From: a virus
Taxonomy: Duplodnaviria; Caudoviricetes
Direction: 5' to 3' (one strand)
Virus record (IMG/VR): IMGVR_UViG_3300047457_001195
Span: 1 to 59,226 of that record
DNA length: 59,226 bases
Made by a program: the position numbers and the translations under genes. Below are positions 48,781-57,899 of this stretch, one piece after another. The notes beneath the pieces are model-generated. The model made no database searches. It was not told the DNA's origin and worked only from the letters and a program-made list of their open reading frames with translations. Position 1 is the stretch's first letter, and each line of letters starts with the position of its first letter.

Positions 48781-49967
48781 TAGATTAGTCCCGGAGGAGG
48801 TTGATTTTGGGACAAAAAAGTATGATTTACGATATTTTTTAAAAATCCAAAATCTTCTGACATTTCAATTTTTGCCATTCGCTGCTTCATTATTTCAAGA
48901 TTATAATCTGCGATGGGTTGTAATTTATCAAGCAAATAAGCATACTCATTATCTGGCAAATTCCTTAATCTATCTAACTCACTAGCAACGGCTTCGAACC
49001 TGGTTTCTAAATTATCTATTTTGTCATATGATTCATCTATCCAGGGGTGAAAAGTTTTGAATCCTAGCTGTCTAAGTGCCTCTAAAAAGTTTTGAGATGA
49101 AACAATAATAAAGGGTCTGGAGCAAGAAATTGCCTTAAATGTTTTTTCAGTAGGAAAAGCCACTGAAAACCTATTAGGTTCTATGTGTTTCCAGTGCGGC
49201 CAAAACCAGTGCGGATCACATTGAGATTCTACAGTAACATTGATGCCAGAGGTCTGTATGAGATTATAAGTCACATCATTAAACTTCTGTTGAATATTAA
49301 CTTCTTTAAAAGTATAAGGTATTCCTGAGATCCAATCTAAAATCTTTTCAGTCATATTAAACCCCATTTCTTCTGCATCTTTAATTAATTGCTCATGGGG
49401 AAAAATTTTCATACCATAGGGATCAAGATTATTATAGGTATAATTAATATCTTTTAAAAGATCCTTATCTAGTAACCTTAAAAAAAAGTTTAATCTCCAT
49501 CGTTGGTAATTTCTACTCAACAGGCTGAAACGATTAATTATAGGTCGATTTGGCCTAGGATGGCAAATGCCCATCAATAAAGGCAAATGGCATACATGAT
49601 ATCCTATAAATCCAAAATCATTCATACTTTGGTTAAACCAATTTACCCAATTTTCATCTCCTAGGACAAAATAACATTGTCCAGGAGGAACCTCATGTTC
49701 TTTTAAAACGCTAACCCAAGCATCGATATCTGAATAATTAAAAAATTCGTCTGGATGAAAAATTAAAAACTTGCTAGTAGGATCGCTCCTTAGATGCTGC
49801 CAATGCCTCTCTTCTAAAAAATCTTTAATATGGAGTCCTCGAACAACAAAATCATGGCAGTCATACCAATATACATCATTTGGTCGGCAAGCCGAGTTCT
49901 TTAAATTTGCAAAGTATTGTCCTTGCAAATATCCGTGAGAGACATTAGTCTTTGTATAGATTTTCAT
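48780..49967 (-). CDS. Putative glycosyltransferase (GT10-like C-terminal motif)
   Basis: V.VES...FPTEKTFKAI...RPFI...L..LGFKTF..WIDESYD. Confidence 0.55.
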   Translation of the reverse strand: MKIYTKTNVSHGYLQGQYFANLKNSACRPNDVYWYDCHDFVVRGLHIKDFLEERHWQHLRSDPTSKFLIFHPDEFFNYSDIDAWVSVLKEHEVPPGQCYFVLGDENWVNWFNQSMNDFGFIGYHVCHLPLLMGICHPRPNRPIINRFSLLSRNYQRWRLNFFLRLLDKDLLKDINYTYNNLDPYGMKIFPHEQLIKDAEEMGFNMTEKILDWISGIPYTFKEVNIQQKFNDVTYNLIQTSGINVTVESQCDPHWFWPHWKHIEPNRFSVAFPTEKTFKAISCSRPFIIVSSQNFLEALRQLGFKTFHPWIDESYDKIDNLETRFEAVASELDRLRNLPDNEYAYLLDKLQPIADYNLEIMKQRMAKIEMSEDFGFLKNIVNHTFLSQNQPPPGLI

Positions 49968-50701
49968 GCTTGATCTCGTTTATCATAAGCTATTTTTTTG
50001 ATAGGATCATACCAATATTGACTTCTATGAGGGGGATCATCTTCCTTAAAAGTAGAATTGCTGGTATAGAAAAATAACCTAAATGTAGTCCTAGGTTTAT
50101 CTCTAGGACACATTAAGGGCTTTGTGTGTCCGTGCCATCCTAATTTGTCGTATTGCCAAATAATGCATCTATTGAAAAGACAATCTACATGAGTGACAAC
50201 ATTTTCTCTTTCTTTATCATAAAAATCTAAACCGCCGTTCCAACTAGGATCCCAATCAGGTGTTAGATAAATGATCATGCTGGCTGCTCTATGTAATTTT
50301 AGTGTGTCATTCCAATTAAAATCAGTATGTATTTTTAAAGTGTCTCCGGCGAATGATTTACTATATCCGGCACCGATAAGGTAAGGATCAGGAATCAATC
50401 CTTTAATACCTGTCATTTTTTCTAATCCAGCTAACGAACTTGCACTATGTAAATAGTTAGTGACTTCAAATGCCAGAGGTGTCTGATTGAGTTTGTTTAG
50501 CTCGATCATGTGACTACCATTTCTAGTAAATGTTCTCCATGTAGATTCATTAATAGATTGCAATTCTTGAAACATGTTTGATGCAACATCTACTGGAAGA
50601 AAATCATCAATTACAGTCATAGGGATAGGGCTAGCGCCAGCAAAATCTCTATCACCTTGATATATATCCTGTGTGAAAATATCAGTAAGATGTTTCATCA
50701 A
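49964..50701 (-). CDS. 2OG-Fe(II) oxygenase (prolyl-hydroxylase-like family)
   Basis: IDDFL, LKIHTDFN (HxD), IYL...W...W.G.L, FNR, WHG, R. Confidence 0.85.
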   Translation of the reverse strand: MMKHLTDIFTQDIYQGDRDFAGASPIPMTVIDDFLPVDVASNMFQELQSINESTWRTFTRNGSHMIELNKLNQTPLAFEVTNYLHSASSLAGLEKMTGIKGLIPDPYLIGAGYSKSFAGDTLKIHTDFNWNDTLKLHRAASMIIYLTPDWDPSWNGGLDFYDKERENVVTHVDCLFNRCIIWQYDKLGWHGHTKPLMCPRDKPRTTFRLFFYTSNSTFKEDDPPHRSQYWYDPIKKIAYDKRDQA

Positions 50702-51474
50702 AACCCAAAGTGACCTTTGTTTATTACAGGATCATAATCATGAACAATGTGTTTAATAATATCCATTTGCTTTCCATAATCCTGAGTTTTTGTATCGAGT
50801 GCGTCAGCTAGTTTGTAATGTAGATCAATCAAGGACTTTTCTCTTTCAAAATCTAAATTGAACCCGAACCTATTTCTAATTCTTTCGTTGAAAAAATGTA
50901 GGTGACTGTTAATATCCCCGTGTCCATCATGGCAGCGTCCTTCAAAATTTGTATTAACTTCAATAGGAAAATAATCTAAATCAGGCAGAGCATTAAGGAA
51001 TAGATCCTGCATTTCTCGATTAAAGTCTCCTGCATCTTTGTCAAAGTCAGGCCCTCTGGGATACATATAGAAAGTAAACTGGTAATCCATATTAAACATC
51101 TTGTTAGCAGACAAAATTGCCACAGAGTTTTTCATAATATCATTATTCCAACTCCACCATCTATCGCAAAAGGAATCTCCGTATAATGGATTATGAAATA
51201 CACATCCTCCTCCAGACCACGAATCTGTATAACGATCTTCTCTTGTCCAAGTGGACCATTGAGTAATTACCAAGTCACGATCTGTTATTTTATATTTGAC
51301 ATCAGCTTCGACCATTTTGTGCATGATAGCAACATTACCTATGCCCATCTGAGCAAAATTGTAAATTGGCTTGTCAGTTGAATAACGACACATATCTGCC
51401 CATGTGGGCCATCTAAAATTAGTAAATGAACAGCCAAATATAAAAATTCGATCAACATCATTTAAAGTTTTCAT
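50698..51474 (-). CDS. SGNH-hydrolase-like protein
   Basis: FGCSFT...WPTWAD, N.A..G.GN, QWS.W.RED, DGH. Confidence 0.55.
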   Translation of the reverse strand: MKTLNDVDRIFIFGCSFTNFRWPTWADMCRYSTDKPIYNFAQMGIGNVAIMHKMVEADVKYKITDRDLVITQWSTWTREDRYTDSWSGGGCVFHNPLYGDSFCDRWWSWNNDIMKNSVAILSANKMFNMDYQFTFYMYPRGPDFDKDAGDFNREMQDLFLNALPDLDYFPIEVNTNFEGRCHDGHGDINSHLHFFNERIRNRFGFNLDFEREKSLIDLHYKLADALDTKTQDYGKQMDIIKHIVHDYDPVINKGHFGF

Positions 51475-51497
51475 TGTTAGATCCTTAATAAATTAAT

Positions 51498-52502
51498 CTA
51501 CATTAGTCTTTCAGACCAAGTTTTCGGTGTATACTGATTGGTAATTTCTATAGGGTAGTCATACTGAAATGTCCTTGGACCCTGTTGCTTAATATAGGCA
51601 ATAGTAGATTTTAATCCATCAATGAGAGTGGTTTTAGTTTCATATCCTAAAATTTGTCTGGCCTTATCTGCTGAACAAGTAGCATATCTAATTTCTCTAG
51701 GACGCTCATCCATATATGTAGGTTCTCCTTGAAATCCAGTTTCTTGAATTATCAATTTTGCCAAGTCGTTTATGGTAACAAATTCTTCATCAGGTCCTAT
51801 ATTAAAGATATCGTTTTTAATTGTAGGATCTAAAGCTAACTTTTCCAAACATGATATACAATCTTGAACAAAACTAAAACATCTCATTTGATTGCCATCT
51901 CCATAGATAATAGGAGGTTTACCCTGTAGAACACGATTAATCATTATACTCATTACGTTTCGAAATGGGTCATCAAATCTCTGCCTAGGACCAACAATAT
52001 TATGAGGTACGGCCACTATCCATTCCATATTATTCATAGGAGCCAACATCTTTAAAACATCTTCTGCTGCCACCTTGGCCACAGCATATGGATCAACAGG
52101 ACTTGGGGATTGTGTTTCTTTAAATGGGTAATCTTGATTACCATAACGTGCCATGCTAGAACAAAAAACAAAACGTTTTACCTTATTTTGAATAGCAGCC
52201 GAAATAGTTGCTACACTAGCACCAAAGATGTTTTTGGTGATAAAGTGCGGACTAAAGATACTTAGACCTTCATGAGCTGTAGCAGCAGCATGAATAACTA
52301 CATCAGATCCTCGCATGGCATAGACCATTCTATCTATGTCATTACAATCAATCTGATAAAATTTGACAGACTGATCTACATTGATCTTATAACCACCTAG
52401 AAGGTTATCATTACCTGTTACTTCGTGACCTAACTCTAACATTCGATCTGCTAGGTGACTACCCAAAAATCCTGCAACTCCTGTGATAAAAATTTTAGCC
52501 AT
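51498..52502 (-). CDS. NAD-dependent nucleotide-sugar epimerase/dehydratase (extended SDR)
   Basis: ITGVAGFLG, SSMA.YG, YAVAK (YxxxK), N..GP, GDG.Q.R.F. Confidence 0.93.
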   Translation of the reverse strand: MAKIFITGVAGFLGSHLADRMLELGHEVTGNDNLLGGYKINVDQSVKFYQIDCNDIDRMVYAMRGSDVVIHAAATAHEGLSIFSPHFITKNIFGASVATISAAIQNKVKRFVFCSSMARYGNQDYPFKETQSPSPVDPYAVAKVAAEDVLKMLAPMNNMEWIVAVPHNIVGPRQRFDDPFRNVMSIMINRVLQGKPPIIYGDGNQMRCFSFVQDCISCLEKLALDPTIKNDIFNIGPDEEFVTINDLAKLIIQETGFQGEPTYMDERPREIRYATCSADKARQILGYETKTTLIDGLKSTIAYIKQQGPRTFQYDYPIEITNQYTPKTWSERLM

Positions 52503-52504
52503 AA

Positions 52505-53905
52505 TTATATCTTGTTATTTATCGCCCTACATAATTCCCAGAAATTTTGCATCTCAGGAAATGTTTCTAGAAAGTTCTGACGGCGTCTTTGATCATATTG
52601 ACTAAACCAATTATAAAAATCTTTTCTTCCCTGTAGAACTTTAGGAGTGTTATAATTTACTGTGGCAAAATAATCTCTCACTCGTCTAAATCTCTCATAT
52701 TCTAGATCACTGAATTTGGTTAGGTCTTTGTCATCTCTATGCTGATCCATAAATGATAGGATTTTATCAAAGTATGGCAAGTATTCATCTTTGGGCAGAA
52801 TATGCATGTCGTATTGTAGAGGTTCCTTAAGATATGGAGTGTCAAATCTTATTTTACGCTTATTGAGAGAGCGTATGTCCTGTGTGTCAATGATGCCATC
52901 ATATGTCTTTCTCCACTCGAGTAGTTTTTCTAAAAAGTCTACGAACGATGTTACACTGAGAATATTAAAAGTACACATTATTGCTAACGGTCTTCCAGTA
53001 GTTCTGATAAAGGTATCTATATTTTTTTCCCAGGTTTCGATCTTTAGACCTGTTCTCATATATTCAGCACGCTTGCCCCAACTTTCCATGCTAGAAAATA
53101 CTTTTATATCTTTAACTTTCTTACCATCAATTAGGCTTTTTACTTTTTGACTAAATTTATCAACTATTCTAGGACTCAATCCCATATTGCTATTGAAGTT
53201 CAATTCCAGATTAGGTTTAGGATCACGTTCCAGAGAATCCATTAATTTCCAAGTTGTCTTATGCATCAATGGTTCACCGCCTGTTACTCTAAGAATGTTC
53301 AGAGTCTTACTCATTTCAGGCCACCACTTCCACCAAGCGGAAATATAAGGATTATTTTCTTCTTCGTATAACTTAAACCATCCGATATCATTGGCATGAT
53401 TGACTACATTCTTATAGGGACCAAACTGCTTGATCTCGCTATAATAACTACTCGAATGTTTGGGATGGCAGTATCCGCATTTAAAATTACATTCGCTGCT
53501 GAAGCTGATTTCTATATATTCTGGATTAACATCTTGGTCCCAGGGATTATTTTTTATAGCATCAAAGTATTCAGGTTTAAAAATAGCACCTGTCTTAATC
53601 ATCCTATCACTGATATGAGTCTTGCTCAATGCTTCCACATTCCAACAATATTGGCATCCAGGTGGTTTAGCTCCCACTAGCATCATTGCACGCTCTTTTT
53701 TCTTATGTAGAGTATTGTGTAGAGCACTAGGATTATCTGCCAATTCATTTAATGGTATAGAATGCGGCGGTGGATGATAACAACTGTGTGTTTCACCTAG
53801 ATGCATGTAAAGAGTCACATGATGCCACTTGGCCATGCAAAACGTTTCACTAACTTCGTTGGTTATGTTAATAACACGATTAATTCTTTTTATTTCTTCG
53901 CTCAT
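52505..53905 (-). CDS. Radical SAM enzyme with N-terminal auxiliary Cys cluster (paralogue of 42696..44234)
   Basis: CNFKCGYC, VTGGEP; CMAKW, SCYHP, CQYCW. Confidence 0.9.
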   Translation of the reverse strand: MSEEIKRINRVINITNEVSETFCMAKWHHVTLYMHLGETHSCYHPPPHSIPLNELADNPSALHNTLHKKKERAMMLVGAKPPGCQYCWNVEALSKTHISDRMIKTGAIFKPEYFDAIKNNPWDQDVNPEYIEISFSSECNFKCGYCHPKHSSSYYSEIKQFGPYKNVVNHANDIGWFKLYEEENNPYISAWWKWWPEMSKTLNILRVTGGEPLMHKTTWKLMDSLERDPKPNLELNFNSNMGLSPRIVDKFSQKVKSLIDGKKVKDIKVFSSMESWGKRAEYMRTGLKIETWEKNIDTFIRTTGRPLAIMCTFNILSVTSFVDFLEKLLEWRKTYDGIIDTQDIRSLNKRKIRFDTPYLKEPLQYDMHILPKDEYLPYFDKILSFMDQHRDDKDLTKFSDLEYERFRRVRDYFATVNYNTPKVLQGRKDFYNWFSQYDQRRRQNFLETFPEMQNFWELCRAINNKI

Positions 53906-55685
53906 TGAAAACTTTTTTCAGTAGGTCATAGTCGTTGATATCTAGATTTTTATCTGCATAAGCCTGTGCATCTCTATAACCTAATAGAGCAAAATCAGCA
54001 TAATCAACGTGTGCAAATTTAGTATTCCAGATAGATAAATTTTGTTTAGATTGTTTATCTGTTTTTCTTAATAGCTTATAACATTCTCTAAATGCTGTTC
54101 GCCAAGTTGAAAATTCATCAGTGTTAAATCTATTTTCATTACTGATCTTATCTATAACTTTAATTCTAGTATTAAGTTCAGTGGTCATGTCTAGATAATC
54201 AATTTGCTTATCAAAAATACTTTTTGGAAATAACTTAACACCGCTGTGTCCATAACGTAGACCATTTACCGGATTGATAGAACTCCAAATATGAGTGCAA
54301 TTCCTATCAAACAGGTTAGGGGTAAAATTAAAGTTCCAGTCATCTACCAACCATGCATCGCCGTCGACTACCCAAAACATATCAGATTCACTTTGTTCTG
54401 CTGCGGTCTTATGTGCTTGGAAGATTCCTTTAATACCCATAATACGTTTAGCATTAGGTGCAAACTTCTGAACCCTAGACCAGTTTTCTTCAGCATTTGT
54501 CTCGTTATAGCTGATAAAGAACACATCAAAATGATCGCTGAGATTAGCAGGAAGATAACTATCCATGTAAAATTCCTTGCTATCCGATCTCATTGACTTT
54601 TTAACTGCCCAAACTCGGTTATAGTCTGTCTGCTTGGGATCTAACTCCCAAACAATTTTTTTATCCCAATCTTTTAACAATGGTCTATAATTAAACGCCT
54701 GTTCATAGTCTACATCAATAAAGTCAATATCAGGATTAACTTCTATATGCTCTACAGGCCTAGCATAACCCATGACTTTAACGCCTTCTGGTTCGTCAGT
54801 CCAGAGAACCTTGATTGCCCATAGGTCTTCACTGCCCTCCTCAAGATATTCCCTGTCTAAGAGATAAACATTTGCATAGCGCAGGTCATCCCAGGATGTT
54901 TGGCTGAGGTCGAGATCATAATCTACGATGCCTACACTGGAGTTATAGATTATTTCAGGATCTGGGGTGACTTGCCCGAGCCAATTCCATCCTTTGGTTT
55001 TTCTATATCTTGGTGTTACTTTAATGACCCATAACTTTTCATCTAGGTCCTTGGTATGGCTAGGATTCAAATAGTATGCATTATCATAGGCCAAATCCCA
55101 ATAGGCCGGACAAGCTTCTTCTAGTCTATAACCCAAATAAGGCAACTTTGGATTGGTTTCGACTAAGACTTGAGGAGTAAGGTAACCCATGTGCTTGGTT
55201 CCTTGACTTTTCCTACCCATTGGCTCACAGGTCATTACCCAAATCTCATCGTCAGTGGGATTAAACACAGGATCCATATACCAAATCAAGGTATAATCTT
55301 TGTCCCATGGTTCAGGCTCAAAGTTACCCAGTGGACTATCAAAAAATGTCATTGCAATATCAATGTCTGGATTCTTACGCCAACTATATTGAAGCTTGGG
55401 AATACGGATATCTATATAACCATTTTCTGGTTGCCAATTTTTTGGAAACAACTTGGCTAACCACTGATCTTGATAATGCCATACTATACACTGATCCTCA
55501 CAGTCCGGCACGTGATCAACAAGATGAGGCCAATTAGGATTTTCTAAATAGGGGTTCAGCACTAAACAGATGTTGAACTTGCTGGCTAATCCAGCTAACT
55601 TGACATCATATTCAATAGGGTCACCCTGGTATTGAATAGCCTCTACTTCTTCTTGTGTTAGTTTTGGAAATTTATCTAGGAACAT
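53880..55685 (-). CDS. Repeat-containing protein with C-terminal GT-A-like glycosyltransferase domain
   Basis: Four to five ~67-aa repeats, then DVFFISYNE..A, AH..AA, FWVVDGD (DxD), NPVNGL.YG..GVKL, WR.AFREC.KL. Confidence 0.6.
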   Translation of the reverse strand: MFLDKFPKLTQEEVEAIQYQGDPIEYDVKLAGLASKFNICLVLNPYLENPNWPHLVDHVPDCEDQCIVWHYQDQWLAKLFPKNWQPENGYIDIRIPKLQYSWRKNPDIDIAMTFFDSPLGNFEPEPWDKDYTLIWYMDPVFNPTDDEIWVMTCEPMGRKSQGTKHMGYLTPQVLVETNPKLPYLGYRLEEACPAYWDLAYDNAYYLNPSHTKDLDEKLWVIKVTPRYRKTKGWNWLGQVTPDPEIIYNSSVGIVDYDLDLSQTSWDDLRYANVYLLDREYLEEGSEDLWAIKVLWTDEPEGVKVMGYARPVEHIEVNPDIDFIDVDYEQAFNYRPLLKDWDKKIVWELDPKQTDYNRVWAVKKSMRSDSKEFYMDSYLPANLSDHFDVFFISYNETNAEENWSRVQKFAPNAKRIMGIKGIFQAHKTAAEQSESDMFWVVDGDAWLVDDWNFNFTPNLFDRNCTHIWSSINPVNGLRYGHSGVKLFPKSIFDKQIDYLDMTTELNTRIKVIDKISNENRFNTDEFSTWRTAFRECYKLLRKTDKQSKQNLSIWNTKFAHVDYADFALLGYRDAQAYADKNLDINDYDLLKKVFNERRNKKN

Positions 55686-55689
55686 GTCT

Positions 55690-55714
55690 TTACAGTGATA
55701 ACACTGTAATTATG
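55690..55714 (-). promoter_or_regulatory. Inverted repeat overlapping a CATAATTA motif, just upstream of the first gene of the tailoring cluster
   Basis: TTACAGTG-TTAT-CACTGTAA, 4 nt before ATG 55685. Confidence 0.5.
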
Positions 55715-55719
55715 CTAGA

Positions 55720-57684
55720 TTAACGTGGCAGATTCACTAAACTGGTTACTACACTATTGCTTTTGTCAAATCCTCTAAACATTTGAGTATTTGCTTCGTA
55801 GACATGAATGCGTCCATTCATGGGATTGTGATATTGACAAATATAGTATAGAGTAGAAGTTGACAGTGTATAGGGAACTGTGAATGATACATAGCCTGTG
55901 TCAGTTCCGTTATTGGACACTCCATTCACACCGTTAGTGACTCCCCCTATTGGTAGGTCTTTGATCCAAAAAGGATGCCCTGGAGAATTTACATTGAAAT
56001 TATAGGTAATGCCTTTGATTAGGGTAAGAGTTGGGTTAGTGCTTCCGTCAATAAGATAGGCGCTGGCTCCTGAGTTGGTCACTGTATAATCAGCGGTAAC
56101 AGAAATTATATTTCCTAAATCATCCCTAGGACCAGGATCTTTAAAATTTTGAGGAGCATTAAACTTGTCTTTAGGGCTATAGTAGTAAAAAGATCTAGTT
56201 AGTCGATCCAATGTTTGATTGACCGTGCTATCAGTGCTGGTTTCTCTTAGATCATTGAAATTAACGAACACGCTGCCATCGCTTGATTCTTCAATTATAA
56301 ACATAGACCCAGTGCTGGCATAATGGCCAAAATAATAATCATAGTTCCTTTGATCTGGTTCTTGTGTCTTTACTCTGTAGTCACCACTGAGATAGGTAGT
56401 GGCTGTGCCTTGCAAAGGAATTTGATAGACTGTTTGCCAAAAGGCAAATGGTATTTCTTGTCTGCCTTCCATAGGACTGAGATTGTCCACTGTAAACCAC
56501 TCAGCCAGTTCTTCCCTATAGGGGTCACTTTGATCAGCTCCGCTGCCTACACCTATGGTCAATGTTCTTTGTCCTGCTACAAAATCAACTCTCAAGCCCA
56601 CTATAGCATCGGGCTCTAATAACTTGGTCATGTAGGTCGCTGTGTTATAATTCAATGTGTAGTCTGGTTGATAGTTGGCAAAATTAGTGGCTGTGGTGGT
56701 CTGATATTGTGGATCAGTGGGACTTACTATCAAGGTGCTGGCATATAGCCCACTGCCCAAACGATCTCTCCATGGGTCAAACCTTACTGTGACTCGATTG
56801 GCACTGATAGCATCTACCCTCCATGCTGATGAACCTGACATACTGGCCGCAAACTCAATAACAGTTTCCGGGCTTTCAACTTCATTGACAAAGGCTATGA
56901 GCTGATAGGTAGCAGTAAAATTAAATCCAGGTAGGCTGGTATTGCCCACAAACCCTGCAGGTGTTAGGTTGTAATACCTATTACCACGCCCTACCACAGT
57001 AAGATCAACTCGGGTAAATGCTCCAGCTTCATTGGTATAAAAACCCATGTATTCATTAAACTGTCCATAATCTGTGCTGAGAAACTTCAAACCAAAACTG
57101 GCAGATTGACCCGAAGTCAATGACCACGGTGGACTAGAATAATTGGCCCCTGTATAGCTAGGCACTGCCTGCGTCATAAGATTGCTGAATACAGGCTCTG
57201 CAACTTCCAATGTGCCATTGCCCAAATTTGTTATGGTAACACGTCTGCTGGGGCTTTGACCCTCAGGAGTGGCATAGAACAATCTGTTGATAGGGCTAGT
57301 TGATGTATCTGTTATCTGCACACTGGCTGTGCCCGCAACTGTGGTGCTTTCAGGTTCACCATCTAACCAAGTGTATAGGGTTGCTGTTAGAGTTTCAATG
57401 CCCTCAGTGAATTGATCAGCGGTTATGGCTGTAAGAGCTAGAAACTGACTGGGCCACGGATAGGCCAACGTAGGGTGAAACAGCACAGCTTCGCTGAGAG
57501 GGTCAAGATCACCCAGGGCCTCTGTGACATCTTCTCCTGTGATATTGGTTCCAGATAATACCCCCTTGACCCATCTACCTGTGGTGCCATAATCAAAGGT
57601 TCCCACTGCTGTGATAGTCCAAGTTAGATATTCACCCTCGTTAACTGGATTTGGGCTAGGGGTTACTGTAAATGTCAAAGGCAT
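55720..57684 (-). CDS. Virion protein with Ig/Calx-beta-like domains and C-terminal cupredoxin-like module
   Basis: VNEG..T.T.T...D..TEG.ET...V.I.DTS; ITNLGNGTL; HPF...YYICQYHNPM. Confidence 0.7.
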   Translation of the reverse strand: MPLTFTVTPSPNPVNEGEYLTWTITAVGTFDYGTTGRWVKGVLSGTNITGEDVTEALGDLDPLSEAVLFHPTLAYPWPSQFLALTAITADQFTEGIETLTATLYTWLDGEPESTTVAGTASVQITDTSTSPINRLFYATPEGQSPSRRVTITNLGNGTLEVAEPVFSNLMTQAVPSYTGANYSSPPWSLTSGQSASFGLKFLSTDYGQFNEYMGFYTNEAGAFTRVDLTVVGRGNRYYNLTPAGFVGNTSLPGFNFTATYQLIAFVNEVESPETVIEFAASMSGSSAWRVDAISANRVTVRFDPWRDRLGSGLYASTLIVSPTDPQYQTTTATNFANYQPDYTLNYNTATYMTKLLEPDAIVGLRVDFVAGQRTLTIGVGSGADQSDPYREELAEWFTVDNLSPMEGRQEIPFAFWQTVYQIPLQGTATTYLSGDYRVKTQEPDQRNYDYYFGHYASTGSMFIIEESSDGSVFVNFNDLRETSTDSTVNQTLDRLTRSFYYYSPKDKFNAPQNFKDPGPRDDLGNIISVTADYTVTNSGASAYLIDGSTNPTLTLIKGITYNFNVNSPGHPFWIKDLPIGGVTNGVNGVSNNGTDTGYVSFTVPYTLSTSTLYYICQYHNPMNGRIHVYEANTQMFRGFDKSNSVVTSLVNLPR

Positions 57685-57690
57685 GGTTAA

Positions 57691-57698
57691 TATTTATT
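57691..57698 (-). promoter_or_regulatory. Putative late promoter AATAAATA
   Basis: TAAATA core 6 nt before ATG 57684. Confidence 0.5.
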
Positions 57699-57898
57699 CA
57701 GTCGATCTGTATGCCCAATATGGCCGTATTGGTCGCAGAGCTGACCCAGGGTCTGACTGTGCCGTCTAGCTCCTGGGTGACCTGCATGGTGGGTCTGGGT
57801 GCGGCAATGGGACTAGAACTGATCCTATAGCCCACAGCAAAGGCTACTGTGGCTGTGATCACATAGTCTAGAGCATTGGTGCTTTGAAAAGTTGGCAT
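57698..57898 (-). CDS. Small hypothetical protein
   Basis: 66 aa, starts 1 nt after the upstream stop and fills the gap exactly. Confidence 0.5.
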   Translation of the reverse strand: MPTFQSTNALDYVITATVAFAVGYRISSSPIAAPRPTMQVTQELDGTVRPWVSSATNTAILGIQID

Positions 57899-57899
57899 G

